This document shows positions 37,540 through 50,730 of a stretch of DNA of 64,000 nt, in pieces. The position numbers and the translations under genes are program-made. The DNA is from Octopus vulgaris. Lineage: Eukaryota. Positions within the stretch are counted from its first letter, which is position 1. Each line of letters begins with the position of its first letter. The stretch spans positions 25,978,001-26,042,000 of the forward strand of contig OX597820.1 in assembly GCA_951406725.2 (NCBI GenBank), in the 5' to 3' direction. A model generated the notes under the pieces. It was not told the origin of the DNA, ran no database searches, and worked only from the letters and a program-made list of their open reading frames with translations.

Positions 37540-38153
37540 TGACTCAAAAAAAGAAAAGAAAAAGGAAAAAAATCGTGTTGGGCGAGAATTCAACGACCGA
37601 TGGATTGGGGGATGTGTACGTCTAACGATAGCTGACATCGTCCATCACCGCACCTTCAATACCACCACAACTACCATCTATTACTGCTTCTGGATAGTAT
37701 CGTTGTTAGCACTGGAAAATACTTGTTTATCATATTCTCCACCCAGCCAGGTTTGTGTTTACTTATTACTTGTGTGTGTGAGTGAGAGAGAGAGAAACTT
37801 TCTAAGAGAGAGACGGGGGTGTGACTAAACGTATGTCCATGTGAGAGAGAGAAAGAAAGGATGGAAAGAGAATGAGAGCTGGGGTATTCGCTTGAGAGGA
37901 AGGAAGAGAGAGACACTTTGTGAGTGAAAGAAAGAGGGAACCAGTCAACATGTTTTAATTGTGCTTCTGTATCGACATACATTTATCTGTTTAATCTTTG
38001 TATGGTGGACGAAAACAACAACATTGAAACAGTTGATTGGGAACTATATTTAGATGTGTATTTATGAAAATGACGTTATGAAGAAACAGCCATGCACTTC
38101 ACAACATCACATCTTCCCCACGTCTTGTAAATAATATCGGCCTTCATCTCTAG
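37540..38153 (+). promoter_or_regulatory. Candidate promoter and non-coding first exon of a rightward gene
   Basis: Unique CpG-containing sequence with GA-repeat tracts and a donor-like ctag|gtagga at 38153/38154. CpG depletion begins about 2 kb downstream. Confidence 0.35.
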
Positions 38154-40010
38154 GTAGGAAATCGCTTCTGTTTTTTGTTATTTTTGTTAGTCGGTGGGAG
38201 GAAATAACCATTTCTTTGTTAAGCTAACACCGTCTAGCTTTCTTTGTCTGTCTTTCCACACAACCACCTGGTCTTTGTTTATCACTTTCTCTCCTGTAAC
38301 CACGCCACTTCTTACCTTTTCTACCCACCCCTTCAGTCAATACATCATTCATTTTACTTTACACACCACCCTCATATATATATATAAAATTTTGTGTATG
38401 TGTAATAAGGTTGTGCGAAACGCATGCTTAAAATTGTTTATATTTTATCTAACTTATGTTGAATTGAATTTTTATATATTTTATCGGTGGTGGAGAAAAG
38501 AAAAACTTAGTTTTTCCTACTACTGACAGGATTACAACACGAGGAAGCCTTTGTATGGTTGCCCCAACATGCATATACGATAGTTGCCAAATTTCCCTGC
38601 GTCTAAGGCACATTTAATGCTAAAACCCCTAAGGACAGATGGTCGCAGCTGGAATGCCTTTGATTATAAGATCTACTCGTTCTATGCTTGGGTTAGAAGC
38701 AACCAGTCTGGATCTCCAACTTGACACTTACACGTTTAGTGCAGAATAAATACTGGAGGTTTATTTATTTATTTACTTACGATATAGGCCTTTTCTCTTT
38801 CTATTTTCTTTTTCTTTAAGGAAAGAGGGCTCGGGTGCTGGCTCTTCCTAGTTGTATTTTCATTGTATGCGAAGTGGCTTGAACCGAAAATCGAACTGTC
38901 ACGAAATTACTGGCAGAGAGCTTTTCGAATTTACCGTTTTGCCCTTACACATAGTTTAAGCTGCCGCTATGTGGTCGCCCTGTCTAGTAGAAAGGAGTCG
39001 GATCTTTAGTAGTGTCCTAAATAAGAAGACACATAGTATAATGTTATCTTAGATATGGTCACAATTCTTATACTGTTTTTGTTGACGGGTCTCTGCAGTT
39101 AATCAGGATTGTGCTAACAACTTTAGCTTTGCACACCTCAGCATTTTTGCGTACATGTACACAATTAACTATACATACACACAACTAGCATATGCGGTGC
39201 TCTAGTATGGCCTTCACAGTGATGACTAAAACCAAAAAAACAAAAAAAAAAAACCCCAGCGATTATAACAATGTTATCATTGTAGTTTCTCTCGTGTAAG
39301 CTAATTCGTATCTCCGCATCTATCTGTGCCCATATAATCTTCCTAACCCTTTCATACCCTTTGTTCATTGTCTGACGTTTCAAACTGTAAACAAAAATCC
39401 TATGGGGCTCTTACTCCAGGGGTGGCCAAATTAACGCGCGCACTCACACACACCACGTTCAAGATCCTCAAAGATGTAATTCTTATAATTAAGAAAATAT
39501 ATGTAGTGCATTATGTAGCTACATGGCACATACTACATATTGTGTGTTTCCTTTGTTCCTGAATCTTCTAGCGTAGTTTTTGGGTAAAAACAGTAGTGAA
39601 ACCCAATATTATCTTGGAGTGGTTCGCGGGCCTCAGTTCCTCCACTGTTGCTCTATGCCATCGCTTGTTTTGTAAGGAACGGCAGCCAGAGTTTCCTGAC
39701 ATCAAACTTTATTGAATTAGAAAATGGAAAGAAAGTGGGTGTTAGGAGTTTTGTAGCGTTAGTTATATAAAAAGAGGGGAGAGCCACGGCTGTAACGCCT
39801 TTTGATGATTGTATACCAACAATGAAACATTACTCTGAAAGTGAGACAGATGCCCCATGGTGTTCCGAAAACAAGAATATTTGCTCTGGGTTGATGATTC
39901 TGTTTGTGTTGTTACTTAATTGAAATACCAGTTTTATTCATTTTTGACCCGTATCCTTGTTCTCTTGCTGAAAGTTTTTCTTTGTCGAATTCAGTTTCTT
40001 AATCCCGTTA

Positions 40011-40160
40011 ATTCCATAAACAACCAAAGCGAAAATCAAAGTTGGTAAAAAAAAAAATCATTAAATCACAGAAAATATTACATTTCTCTCTGAAATAGAA
40101 ACGGGATTCATTATCATCATCGTTTAAAGCGGACGTTAAACGATGATGATGATGATAATG
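40011..40160 (+). mobile_element. Extremely 5'-truncated RTE insertion with inverted copy of its own tail and downstream flank
   Basis: RTE end aaagcggacgttaaacgatgatgat at about 40126-40156. 40012-40127 is the inverse of 40136-40259. Direct repeat aatcccgtta at 40001-40010 and 40161-40170. Confidence 0.85.
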
Positions 40161-41315
40161 AATCCCGTTACTATTTCAGAGAAAATATAATATTTTCTGT
40201 GATTTAATGATTAAATTTTTTTTTACCAACTTTGATTTTTGCTTTGGTTGTTTATGGAACTGTTTTGTTCATATTTTTTGTTTATTTTTCATGTTTTCAA
40301 TGGAACTCTTTTTCAACATTCCCTCTCACACGTAAGAAACTTTAGGAAAACAACACACACAAATGTGTGAACAAACGAAAGTTGTGTTCAATATATTTAG
40401 TTGGAGTTGCATGTATTTAATAACAATTTGACTTGGTTCCAATTTACTGAAAGTTCCATGAGCTGAGGACATATTCACCTCACCATATGTTCAAAGACTC
40501 TATTGGGGTGAATATAACCCTTGCCTCTTAAAATATCGGTAATGTGGAGCTATGTGGTTAAGACGTTTGTTTTGCAAATACGTGGTTTTGGGTTCAGTTC
40601 CATTGTGTAGCACCTTGGACTAGTGTCTTCTACAAGAGCGCATAGCCAACCAATTTCTTGTGAGTGTATTTGACAGACAGAAAATATGTGAAAGCCCATC
40701 TTGTGTTTGCCCCCACCGTCACTTAACAATGGGTGTTGGTTTAACCATATTAGTTTGCACTCTTCTGGTATAATTCTCAGGGTCATTGAGGTACACCAGG
40801 TACCACTGCAGTGAGGACTGGATCTTGTGGTAATTAATAAAATTAAAATGCTTTAAAAAATATCTTAAACTTGTCCATCATTATGGCAAAGAAAGAATTA
40901 TGCTGATGTACACTCTGTTTTGTTTATTTCTTAATAAGGGGAGAGGACAAAAAAAAAAATTGATAATATTTGGGTGGAGGAGCCCTTGGTACATTCATCA
41001 GTTTGAGAACAGTGTAGTTTGATAGAAGCAGATTTTTACTTCAATAAGCTTGAATGGCTTTGCTACTCAACCAGCTCACTGCCAGTTCAAAGAAAGAAGT
41101 GAAAAATCACCCCTGCTACATTATTGAATCATGAAGGATGTACAATGAATGGAATTATCTCGTTGTGATATGACCCCAAAGTGCAGAGTTGGGACACCTT
41201 TTACAGTACCTAATGTATTAATAATGCTGTCACACAATGGAGTTAGAAACTTATATTCATGTAACTGGAAGTCCATTCATTATTTGAAATTTGAACTCTT
41301 TATTCACTGACCATG

Positions 41316-41614
41316 GAGACATATGGCCTCGTAGTTAGAGCAGCGGACTCGTAGTCGAGGGATCGCAGGTTCGAATCTCAGACTGGGCGATGTGTGTGTT
41401 TGTGAGCGAAACACCTAAGCGCCATGTGGCTCCGGCAGAAGGTAACGGCAAACTTTTGCTGACTCTTTCGCCACAACTTTCTCTCACTCTTTCCTCCTGC
41501 ATCTTGCAGCTCACCTGCGATGGACCAGCGTCCCGTCCAGGTGGGAAACCTGTACACCACAGAAACCGGGAAACCGGCCCTTATGAGCCAGGCATGGCTC
41601 GAGAAGGAACAAAC
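41316..41614 (+). mobile_element. SINE family 3, tail type B variant
   Basis: A box tggcctcgtagtt, B box ggttcgaatc and cctgcgatggaccagcgtcccgtccagg tail. A 14-bp TSD attcactgaccatg lies at 41302-41315 and 41615-41628. Confidence 0.9.
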
Positions 41615-44600
41615 ATTCACTGACCATGACTATGAGTCATGGACTTCAGCTTTCAGTGTATTTGTTTTTCTATTCGTTTCTTGCATGGCATCAAAGCCTT
41701 TTCATTAATGTAGTCAACTAATCCAAATTCTTTTGATCGACTGTATGTTTTCAAGAGAACGATACAAAGCAACCACACATTCTTTAGCAGACTTGCTCGT
41801 CTTCAGGAAATGTTCCAATACTGGAGATTCTCAGAGCATCAACTTGATCTCAGTATTAAATTTTGATACAATAATTACTAATTAGCTTGCTTTTGCGCAT
41901 GTGTACTTGTCAAAAACTGTTATCAACAAGTATGTAAACCTACTCCACATACACACACACTTCTACACACTTATCAAAGTTTGTGACATGGACACATTTT
42001 TGACACACTAACCAGTTCACTCAAATTTTTTTATACTCACCACTAATATCACGCACGCACACACACACAACAACAAACTTGTTTTCCCTGCATGTTATTT
42101 TAGATGTTAGTCTCCCCTAACATTTTTCTCTGGAAATTTCTTTCTTTTATTAAAGCTAGCAAAAATAACACTGGGTCATTACCCTGTATGATTCATAAGC
42201 TTTGATAAAAACAAATATTTTTATATTTCAGAAGGATCCTTTCTTATCTTTATAATAGAGTTCAGTCTCTTCTCTTTGCCACAACATTTTGTAAACTAAA
42301 CATTTACAATGCTAATTACTGTAGCAATTGTTATTTTATGCAGAGTCCATTACCCTATTTGCCTAAATCCTGCTTCAGAGTTAAATTAGCAGTGACAGGA
42401 AGAATAGCCAACTGTAAAAATATCCCATCAATATGTAAATTTATAATTAGATATAATTAGCAAAACACAATTTATCCATGCAAGGATTTGTGGGGACAAG
42501 TGGTTGAGAAACTAATTTAAATGTTAAGGAATGTAACTTAACTAAAGTTAATAATATATTGTTTTACTGATGTATACATTACAGCAAGATGTGAACTATT
42601 TGTAAGTTTTTTTGTTTTTTTTACATGGTTTAGTCTGAAGGAAGGGAATGTACTCAGTCTTCAGAGGCCCTCCAAGAGCAGTGAAGTCATGCAGTTGATG
42701 TTCTTGAATCAACTGCAGGCTGACTACTAGAAAAAATACCTCAGAGAACTGATGTTCTGCAGAGGAAGAATTAAGCTTAGTGATTAGTGCAAGTATGAGG
42801 TTATAAGCAATGTAGATGAGGAACTGGATGGTCCTAGGTGAAGGTGGCATGTGACCAGTCAACACTAAAAGCAGAGGCCAGTGTAGTAGTGGTGATGGTT
42901 GTAAAGCCTGAAGGAGGCGACAATACATCTGTAAGCCAAAGGTTGGAGGCAACACCATGGTTTTGATTCTCCTGTATTTTTTAGTTACGTTAGTGTTGAT
43001 CTCTTTGGAAAAAAAACCCCAAAACAATTGCATTATCATATGTTTACCACAGCTTGTCTCTTTCTCGGCCTTAACTCCTACAGTGTCATAGCTTCAAAGT
43101 TCTAACAAGACTCAGTGATTAGCAGAAATCTACTCTTTTGTTGCATCAGTGAAGATATAGTTGCCATTCAACCCTAATAGACATTGTCTAAGATGTTTCA
43201 GCCAGGATCGTCTTATCCTCCAACTCCCAGAGACAGTGCATCAGACACACTATACAATGTCTCTCTTTACTAAAATGTTTGGGTATAATCTGAGGAGTAT
43301 TTGGTTGCCAATTTAGTAACTTGAGTGACTACTTAGAGGCTCCTTTATTGGCTGAAGAAGAATATTTCAGTATTGATAGATATATCTCCCAGTATATAAT
43401 TTCACTTCAGTACATTCTGAGTTCAAACCTCACAGGAGTTGATTGGGGATCTCTCTTAAGAATTAAGAAAATAAACAGCAGGCCTGTTATGGGTCACCAA
43501 TTCAGTTGATTGTATTCTATAAAATGGTGATTTCATGCCAGTGAAAAAAATTCAGTATTAGTATTTACTTTGTGTTAAGTGTTGTAGTCTAAACGTAAGC
43601 TTCTGAGAAATTAAACCTGCAATGTAGTTTTGATTCTTAGTCAAAGTAATTTCACCTTTTCATACTTTTGGGCTTCTGACAAAAACCTCATCATCACAAC
43701 TTGTCATTTTCCCCCACTTTTAAAAATATATAACCTGTGAACGTTGCTGGGTTATAGAAACTAACATTACTCATTATGCTTTATGCCAAATGTCTATAAA
43801 ATTGAGTGGGGGTGTATAAAAAAAGTCTTTTTGTTCATCTCGTAACCCTTTGATGAGTTCAACTTGCTCTGCATGTCCCACATCAATCACTATATTCAGT
43901 TCTTCCTTTCCAGAATACTGACATTGTAAATTTCCTTCCTTGTCTTTCCTCCAGATGTTAATGGCACCAAGTCTCGCTGGTTTAAGAGGGACTGTGAAGC
44001 TAAGAGCACTGTCCTCTCTCTTTCACCATACTCAGTATATAATTTATTTTTAAAAAAAACGTGCCAATGGCAGAACTTCTTTGTTAGTTAGATATTACTC
44101 AAATTGTATCCTCTTTAAAAAAAAATTGTATTATGTCATCTGGTGTACACATTTACATTTAAAAGCTGGCATAGTCAGCTTCAATGGTTTTCATCCTAGG
44201 TGTGTCTAGTTTGTGCTGACGAAAGGTGAAACAAGCTATTACAACAATTATAGTGTGCATACAGTTGTGAGCTTAAACTACTTGCTGTGAGTGGGTCTGT
44301 GCCTATGAAAGCTAAGTGTCTCTGCCAGGAACAGTATAATGTCTGATGGAATATAAACTGTCACTGCTTTGGTCACTAGACCAGTGGCTTATCAATTTGG
44401 GCAGCTGCAGACTTTATTATACATTGATAAGATTAACCAGGCCACCTGACTGCTGGGTTTCTTTTTTTTACAGTTTGCAAATGTGGCCTTCAAGTAATTT
44501 TTTTTTTCCTTTCCTTCCACCAATGTTGGTGGTGGGGGCATGTAAAAAAATCATGAATGCTTCCTTTCCATTTCTGACTTGGGCATTTAATAAAAAAAAA

Positions 44601-45159
44601 AAAAAAAAAATGGTGCTTAGTAGAATGGGCAATGTCTTTAGACATGAGATACATGGCTCTTTCTACTAAGGGCTATTTCAGCAATGTGAATCACTGTTTC
44701 AACTTGTGACATTTTTCTTAATCCTTCAGCTCACTATAATTAATACAGGGATTCTAAAAGGGTGTATTTTCTGGCGATGTGCAGAAGGAAACGGATCTTC
44801 CTATTAGCTTACTGTTTATCTAAAGTCTACCTTGAAAAAAAAAAAAATTCTTTAAGTTACATCTGTGAAATAACTGAGAAGTTGATAGGTGTTGGATTCA
44901 ACATAGGACTATATTCTCCCTTGGTTTGCTTAGATCAATGGTGTAAGTCTGTATTTATATTTCAAAGGAGACTGTAACATCTCCCACCTTCGGTGGTGGT
45001 GATGGGGGATCATCATGTTAATGTTGACTTCTTCTTTCTAGCATAGCTCAAACAGATTTCAACAAGGCAGACTTTTTATGACCAGGATGTCCCCCCCTGC
45101 TACCATCACATCCCAGTTTCTAAGCAAGGTAATATTTCCATTGAAGATTGGAAATTAGA

Positions 45160-45634
45160 TCAAATTCGATGACTGGCATCCGTGCTAGTAGAGCGCTAAG
45201 AGTACCATATGTGTGAGATCGTTGCCAGAGCAACAAGCTGGCCTCCGTGCCAATGTCACATTAAAAACACCATTCGAGCGTGATCGTTACCTGCGTCACC
45301 TTACTAGCACATGTGCTGGTGGCTCGTGAAAAAACATTCGAGCGAGGTCATTGCCAGTGCCACTGGACTGGCTCCTGTGCAGGTGGCACATAAAAAGCGC
45401 CATTTGAGTGTGGCCGTTGCCAGTACCGCCTGACTGACCCTCGTGCTGGTGGCATGTAAAAAGCACCTACTACATTCTCGGAGTGGTTGGCGTTAGGAAT
45501 GGCATCCAGCTGTAGAAACTCTGCCAGATCAGATTGGAGTCTGGTGCAGCCATCTGGTTCGCCAGACCTCAGTCAAATTGTCCAACCCATGCTAGCATGG
45601 AAAGCGGACGTTAAATGATGATGATGATGATGAT
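45160..45634 (+). mobile_element. RTE 3'UTR with tandem hairpin units and (GAT)n tail
   Basis: About 5 units of gccagt-N8-actggc..gtgc-N-gcac, then ggcgttaggaatggcatccagctgtag...aaagcggacgttaaatgatgatgat. Confidence 0.85.
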
Positions 45635-46062
45635 TTAGATGCATGACAGTAAAACTCATTTAGAATTATCACATGACCTCAAGACATAGATACACCCTTG
45701 CTTGCATACATATACAGTTTGCATTTATTAAATCTGCTCAGAAGGCTTTGGTTGACCTGGGATTATAGTAGGTACTTGCTCATGATGTCCCACACAGTTG
45801 GACTAAACCTGAAACTAAGCGGTAGGGTAGCAAACTTCTTAACCACACAGCCATGCCTGTCTGCCTGCATATGAATATTATAGAAAATCTGGAGAGTGAG
45901 CCAGTGAAAATTGAAAGGCCCAGAAGTTTTACACTTGTATCACACAGAAGTGTAATGTGGTGTTGGAGGGTGTTAATAATTCTGCAACTTCAAAAAAAAC
46001 AGTGTTTGAGCAACAATGCTATTGAATGACTAGTCTGAAGAGCAACATAAAGAATTATTCAA

Positions 46063-46602
46063 CCCTTTATCATTCGCATTATTCTGTCAAATGTAATGCT
46101 TATTTATTCACATTGCGCTGGTGGCACATGAAAAAAAACATTCGAGCGTGGCTGTTGCCACTGCTGCTGGACTGGCTCCTGTGCAGGTGGCACATAAAAA
46201 GCACCATTTGAGCATAGCCGTTGCCAGTACCGCTTGACTGGCCCTCGTGCCGGTGACACGTAAAAGCACCCACTACACTCTCAGAGTGGTTGGCGTTAGG
46301 AATGGCATCCAGCTGTAGAAACTCTGCCAGATCAGATTGGAGTCAGGTGCAGCCATCTGGTTTGCTAAACCTCAGTCAAATCGTCCAACCTATGCTAGCA
46401 TGGAAAGCAGACGTTAAACGATGATGATGATGATGACCGTTTTGAATTAATCGGGTATTATCTCAAGGCTTTGAGACATCAATGATGTGACTGTTTACTT
46501 TTAGAATGGCATGGTAGGGTATGTGTGAGAGGTCAGATCTGGTCAGTTTAAACATAAAATGAGTTATTTGGGCCAGGTATGGCCAGATTAAATGCTAAAG
46601 GG
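46063..46602. mobile_element. piggyBac-like MITE-A interrupted by an RTE 3'UTR (46116-46436, +)
   Basis: ccctttatcattc...atgctaaaggg|ttaa termini. The RTE insert ends in (GAT)n. Confidence 0.85.
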
Positions 46603-47160
46603 TTAACTAGAAGATAGCTGGGGGAGTGTTTAAGTATTTAATAGAAAAAGAAAAATATTGAATGATATAAATAGGACCATGTAAAAAAATATCTATTTAG
46701 GCTGTTCATCAAAAGTAGACATTTAATTAGTGATAAAGATGGTGGTGATGCAAGTGGTGGTAGGAGGTACTTATACAATTACATATACAAACATGTACTT
46801 TCTTTAACCTCACTTAACCTTCCAAGTCACATATCTAATTAAAATCACCTGACAAACCCTGCTATCACTACTACAAACAGCTATACAATTCTGTGAGAGA
46901 GACCTATAAATAGTCATCTGACTTGCTAGAAATAGCAGCTGCTCCTTTCTGTAATCGCACAATACAGGCTTTTTTCTTTTAAGGATGCTCAGTCCAAAAT
47001 ACCTGATGGTCAATATTAAGATGCTTTTGATGATAATTTTGTACTCGGTTAAGACTGACCTAGTGCTGAACAATACTAAGTGAGGAAGACTATACATTGT
47101 TGCATAACCTGCTAGAAATAGCAACCAAAATTCCTCTTGGATCACATTCCTTTGTCTTAA

Positions 47161-47581
47161 CCCTTCAGCATTTAATCTGGCCATATCTGGTCCAAGTATT
47201 TATTTCTTTATTGCCCACAAGGGGCTAAAAATAGAGGAGATAAACAAAAGGATTAAGGCGATTACATCGACCCCAGTGCGAAACTGGTACTTAATTTATC
47301 GACCTCGAAAGTATGAAAGGCAAAGTCAACCTTGGCGGAATTTGAACTTACAACGTAACGGCAAACGAAATACGGCTACGCATTTCGCCCGGCATGCTAA
47401 CGTTTCTGCCAGCTCGCTACCTTGTATTCAACCAGTTTTATGTCAACTGACCAGAGACAACCTCTCACCTACATTACAATGTCATTCTAAAAATATACAA
47501 ACACTCCATTGAAGTCTTGAAGCTATAAAGCAATGTAAATAAATAAGCAATACATTTGACAAAAATCTGAATGCTAGATAG
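47161..47581. mobile_element. MITE-A (opposite orientation) interrupted by SINE family 2 (about 47198-47422, -)
   Basis: ttaa|cccttcagcatttaatctggccatatc...ctgaatgctagatag|ttaa. Confidence 0.75.
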
Positions 47582-48421
47582 TTAAGCAAAAAAATGTGAA
47601 GGCACACTTTGGGTAAATATAGATCTAGATATTGCCCCACTCCTAAGACATGATTACCACAGGCTGAACTGCCTTTGATCATAAGACTGCTTGACTTGTG
47701 ATTTGGTAGTGTAACTGTTATTAATGTTATCTGGTTACACAACAACTGCTGTATTACATGTTTCTGGTGGTATGCCCTCTAGACATTGCAGAACAAAGAA
47801 AATCATTTGCTAAGAAGGGGAGGAAAAAGCTGGGATTCCCAATTAGTCCACTTGGTCATTTGCTGACGCTGGTGAAAATTCCCGTCCTGAATTAAAAACA
47901 ATGAGCTTTAATTCATAAGTAATTCATATGAATCTGATTGGTAACTGATATTCAGTTCCTGGTATTTGCAAATAAACAAGGAAAACTTGTATGAGAAAAC
48001 AAGCCTGCTGTATTCAAGTGTTGGTTGTATTGATTAAAAAAAAATCCCATAAACATTATACACTTTTGTATTTCGTCTTTCACAACAATAAACTTCTTGT
48101 ATATAGTGCTCAGGTGAAATGTAGATTATATTCATGGGAATATGTAAATTATATTCTTTGTTTATATATATATAATGCATGTGTATATGCATACATACAC
48201 ACATGCAGAGAATCATTACTATACTGGACAAAAAACTTGGCATTTCTTCCAGTTCTGTACACTGAGTTCAAATTCCCCTGAGGTCAGTTTTGCCTTCTCT
48301 TTTGGGGTTGACAAAATAAGTACCAGACACTGGGAATGATGCAACTGGTTTGCCCCATCACTCTAAAATTAACGACTTTATGTCAAAATTTGAAACTAAT
48401 CTTCAGTACATTGGGTATACT

Positions 48422-48642
48422 TTTCTACTCTAAGCACAAGGCCTGAAATTTTTGGGGAGGGGCAGCCAGTCGATTAGATTGACTTCCCCCACTCTCCAGT
48501 ACAGAACTGATATTTAATTTATTCACCCCGAAAGGATGAAAGGCAAAGTCGACCTCAGCAAAATTTGAACGTAAAATACAGATGAAATACTGCTAAGCGT
48601 TTTGCCCGCTGTGCTAACTTTTCTGCTAGCTTGCCGCCTCAC
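48422..48642 (-). mobile_element. SINE family 2 with alternative tail
   Basis: A 15-bp TSD tacattgggtatact lies at 48407-48421 and 48643-48657. Central gaaaggatgaaaggcaaagtcgacctc. A decayed + copy lies at about 48250-48400. Confidence 0.85.
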
Positions 48643-49567
48643 TACATTGGGTATACTGATATTCAAATGATATAGTTGATTAACTGTAGCTTATCACTGA
48701 TCAAGCAGATCTTTAAGGGCATTCCAGCTATCTTTTTGTATATCAGAAAGAGCATTATGACTAACATGTTCATTATTTTCAAGGCTGTAGGGTGTGATTT
48801 GGAGGTGATTTTGTTGCTATTTCTAACAGGATAAATAATGACTTAGATTTTCTTATTGACTCTACTCCTTGTTTCACATCAGGTCAGCTTTGATCAGAGA
48901 CCTATGATCAAAGACTATTTCAACTGTGACCAATGTGTCTTTTTTTTTTTTTGTATACCATTTTAAATAATACCTTTTTAAGATATGACTGCTATTTCTA
49001 GCAGAATAAGCAACCACATAGATGTTTCATTGCAGCTCAACTTCTATTTGTCATCATATACATAGTGTTTCAAAATAAATATTTAAACAATTTTATTTTT
49101 CTACTATAAATATAGATTTTGTGTATATTTACTTAGTGATTCATGTAAAATATTTTAAATGTTTTAGTCAGACGATAGTAGCAGTGCCCATAACTTTCAC
49201 ATACCATTGTGAAATTGATACAATTCAATTTGAACATCTACAAGTTGGTCTCCAAGAAGGGCATTCCTACCATTACAGCATGTTAAAACCTTGCTGATGG
49301 TGTTCAACGAAACAGTAGCATGCGGATGTCATTTCTTGAATTATTTAATTCCCTAATGATTTTAGCTTACTACTTACCTTTTTTTCTGTCTGAGATCTAA
49401 TAGAACATGTTCTGATGTTAAGAATAGTGATCAAGGAGGACTTCTGTACTACATTTTCTTCATGTAATGAAAAGTTAAAAAAACAACTGAATTGTTTTAT
49501 TGTGACACTAATGCTAAAATCGCACCACTGTGTGGTTTATTGTGCAAAAGTATACTAGAGGTGAAAG

Positions 49568-49899
49568 CAGGGCCGTTGTTAACCCCCTGCAGCCCCTGTG
49601 GTCACAGGAGATCTCCACAGTTGAGGGGGCCCCCATGTTAAGATCAAAGTACGTAAGTGAGTCATATATTTACTTTGGTTAAGATGTTGAACAAGAATTA
49701 AACTATTTGTAATAGACCTAAATAAATTTAACTTATACTTTTAAAGATGTTCTTTAAGATAACATGAAATATTGAACGTCAGATAGAATTAAATAAAATA
49801 TAACTATGAATAAACGGTATGTAGATTATGAATTTTGATTGAAGGGATGGGGCCTCAAAACAAAAAGTTGCAGAGGGCCCTCTAAAAGTCACGTAACTG
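49568..49899. mobile_element. Probable hAT MITE remnant
   Basis: Starts cagggccgtt with GC-rich ggggcccc sub-terminal motifs at both ends around an AT-rich core. Confidence 0.45.
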
Positions 49900-50530
49900 A
49901 GGAGGATGAAAGGAATGATAATAGAGCATCCAACATTCTTTCACCAGAATACTTTGCTAAGGTCAATAAGGTTTTTAAAAATTTTTTTTTTTTTTTGCCT
50001 GAAGCCTAAGCATTTGTGTTCAACATTGGGTCAACAAAACATTGGTTAATTATACGAATCAACTTGGTCTTTCAACCTTCATGTCCTGGGGACATTTAAC
50101 TTGACTATCCTTTGCTAAAATATGTGATGTTCCATGTTAAAAATCAATAATATGTAGGGCTGAATGTTTAAGAAGTTCTCTATGCTGCCATATGTCTTTG
50201 GGTTCAATCTTTGCACAACACCTTTTGGAGAAGTAACTTCTATCATCGTCTTGGGTTGATGAATACCTTATGTGAAATTTGATGTACAGAAACTGTGCTG
50301 AACCTCGTATGAATGGGGGTAGAGAGAGATTACCAATAAATTGGTCAGATACAAATATTTTATGTCCCTTATGGGCTTATCAGTTCAAATATAAATTTAG
50401 AAAATAAGTGCCAGACTAAGTACTGCAGAGTTAATATAATTGACAAAAAATCTTTAAAGATGGTCTCCCAGCATAGCCATCCTGTCCAAAGACTGGAATT
50501 AATAAAAGAATAAATAGCTTGGTTGCTTAA

Positions 50531-50730
50531 CCATTTTGTTACTAACCTGGCTTTGTAGTAAAATGTCTTGTTTTCATAAATTTTGAATTAAAATATTCCA
50601 CCAATCCTTAGTCATAATTTACATTCCTAACACTAACTTAATGATAACTAAGTTATTTTACTAAATTCTTTGTTATATTTAAAATAATTGAAAGAAACAC
50701 AGAGCATCTCTAAATACAGTAACGAAAGGG
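50531..50730. mobile_element. piggyBac-like MITE-B
   Basis: ttaa|ccattttgttac...gtaacgaaaggg|ttaa. Homologous to 52985-53203 and 62646-62859. Confidence 0.85.

Noticed and set aside
42596-43039. 147-aa minus-strand ORF
   Set aside because: No recognisable domain or convincing splice signals. Likely an old repeat remnant.
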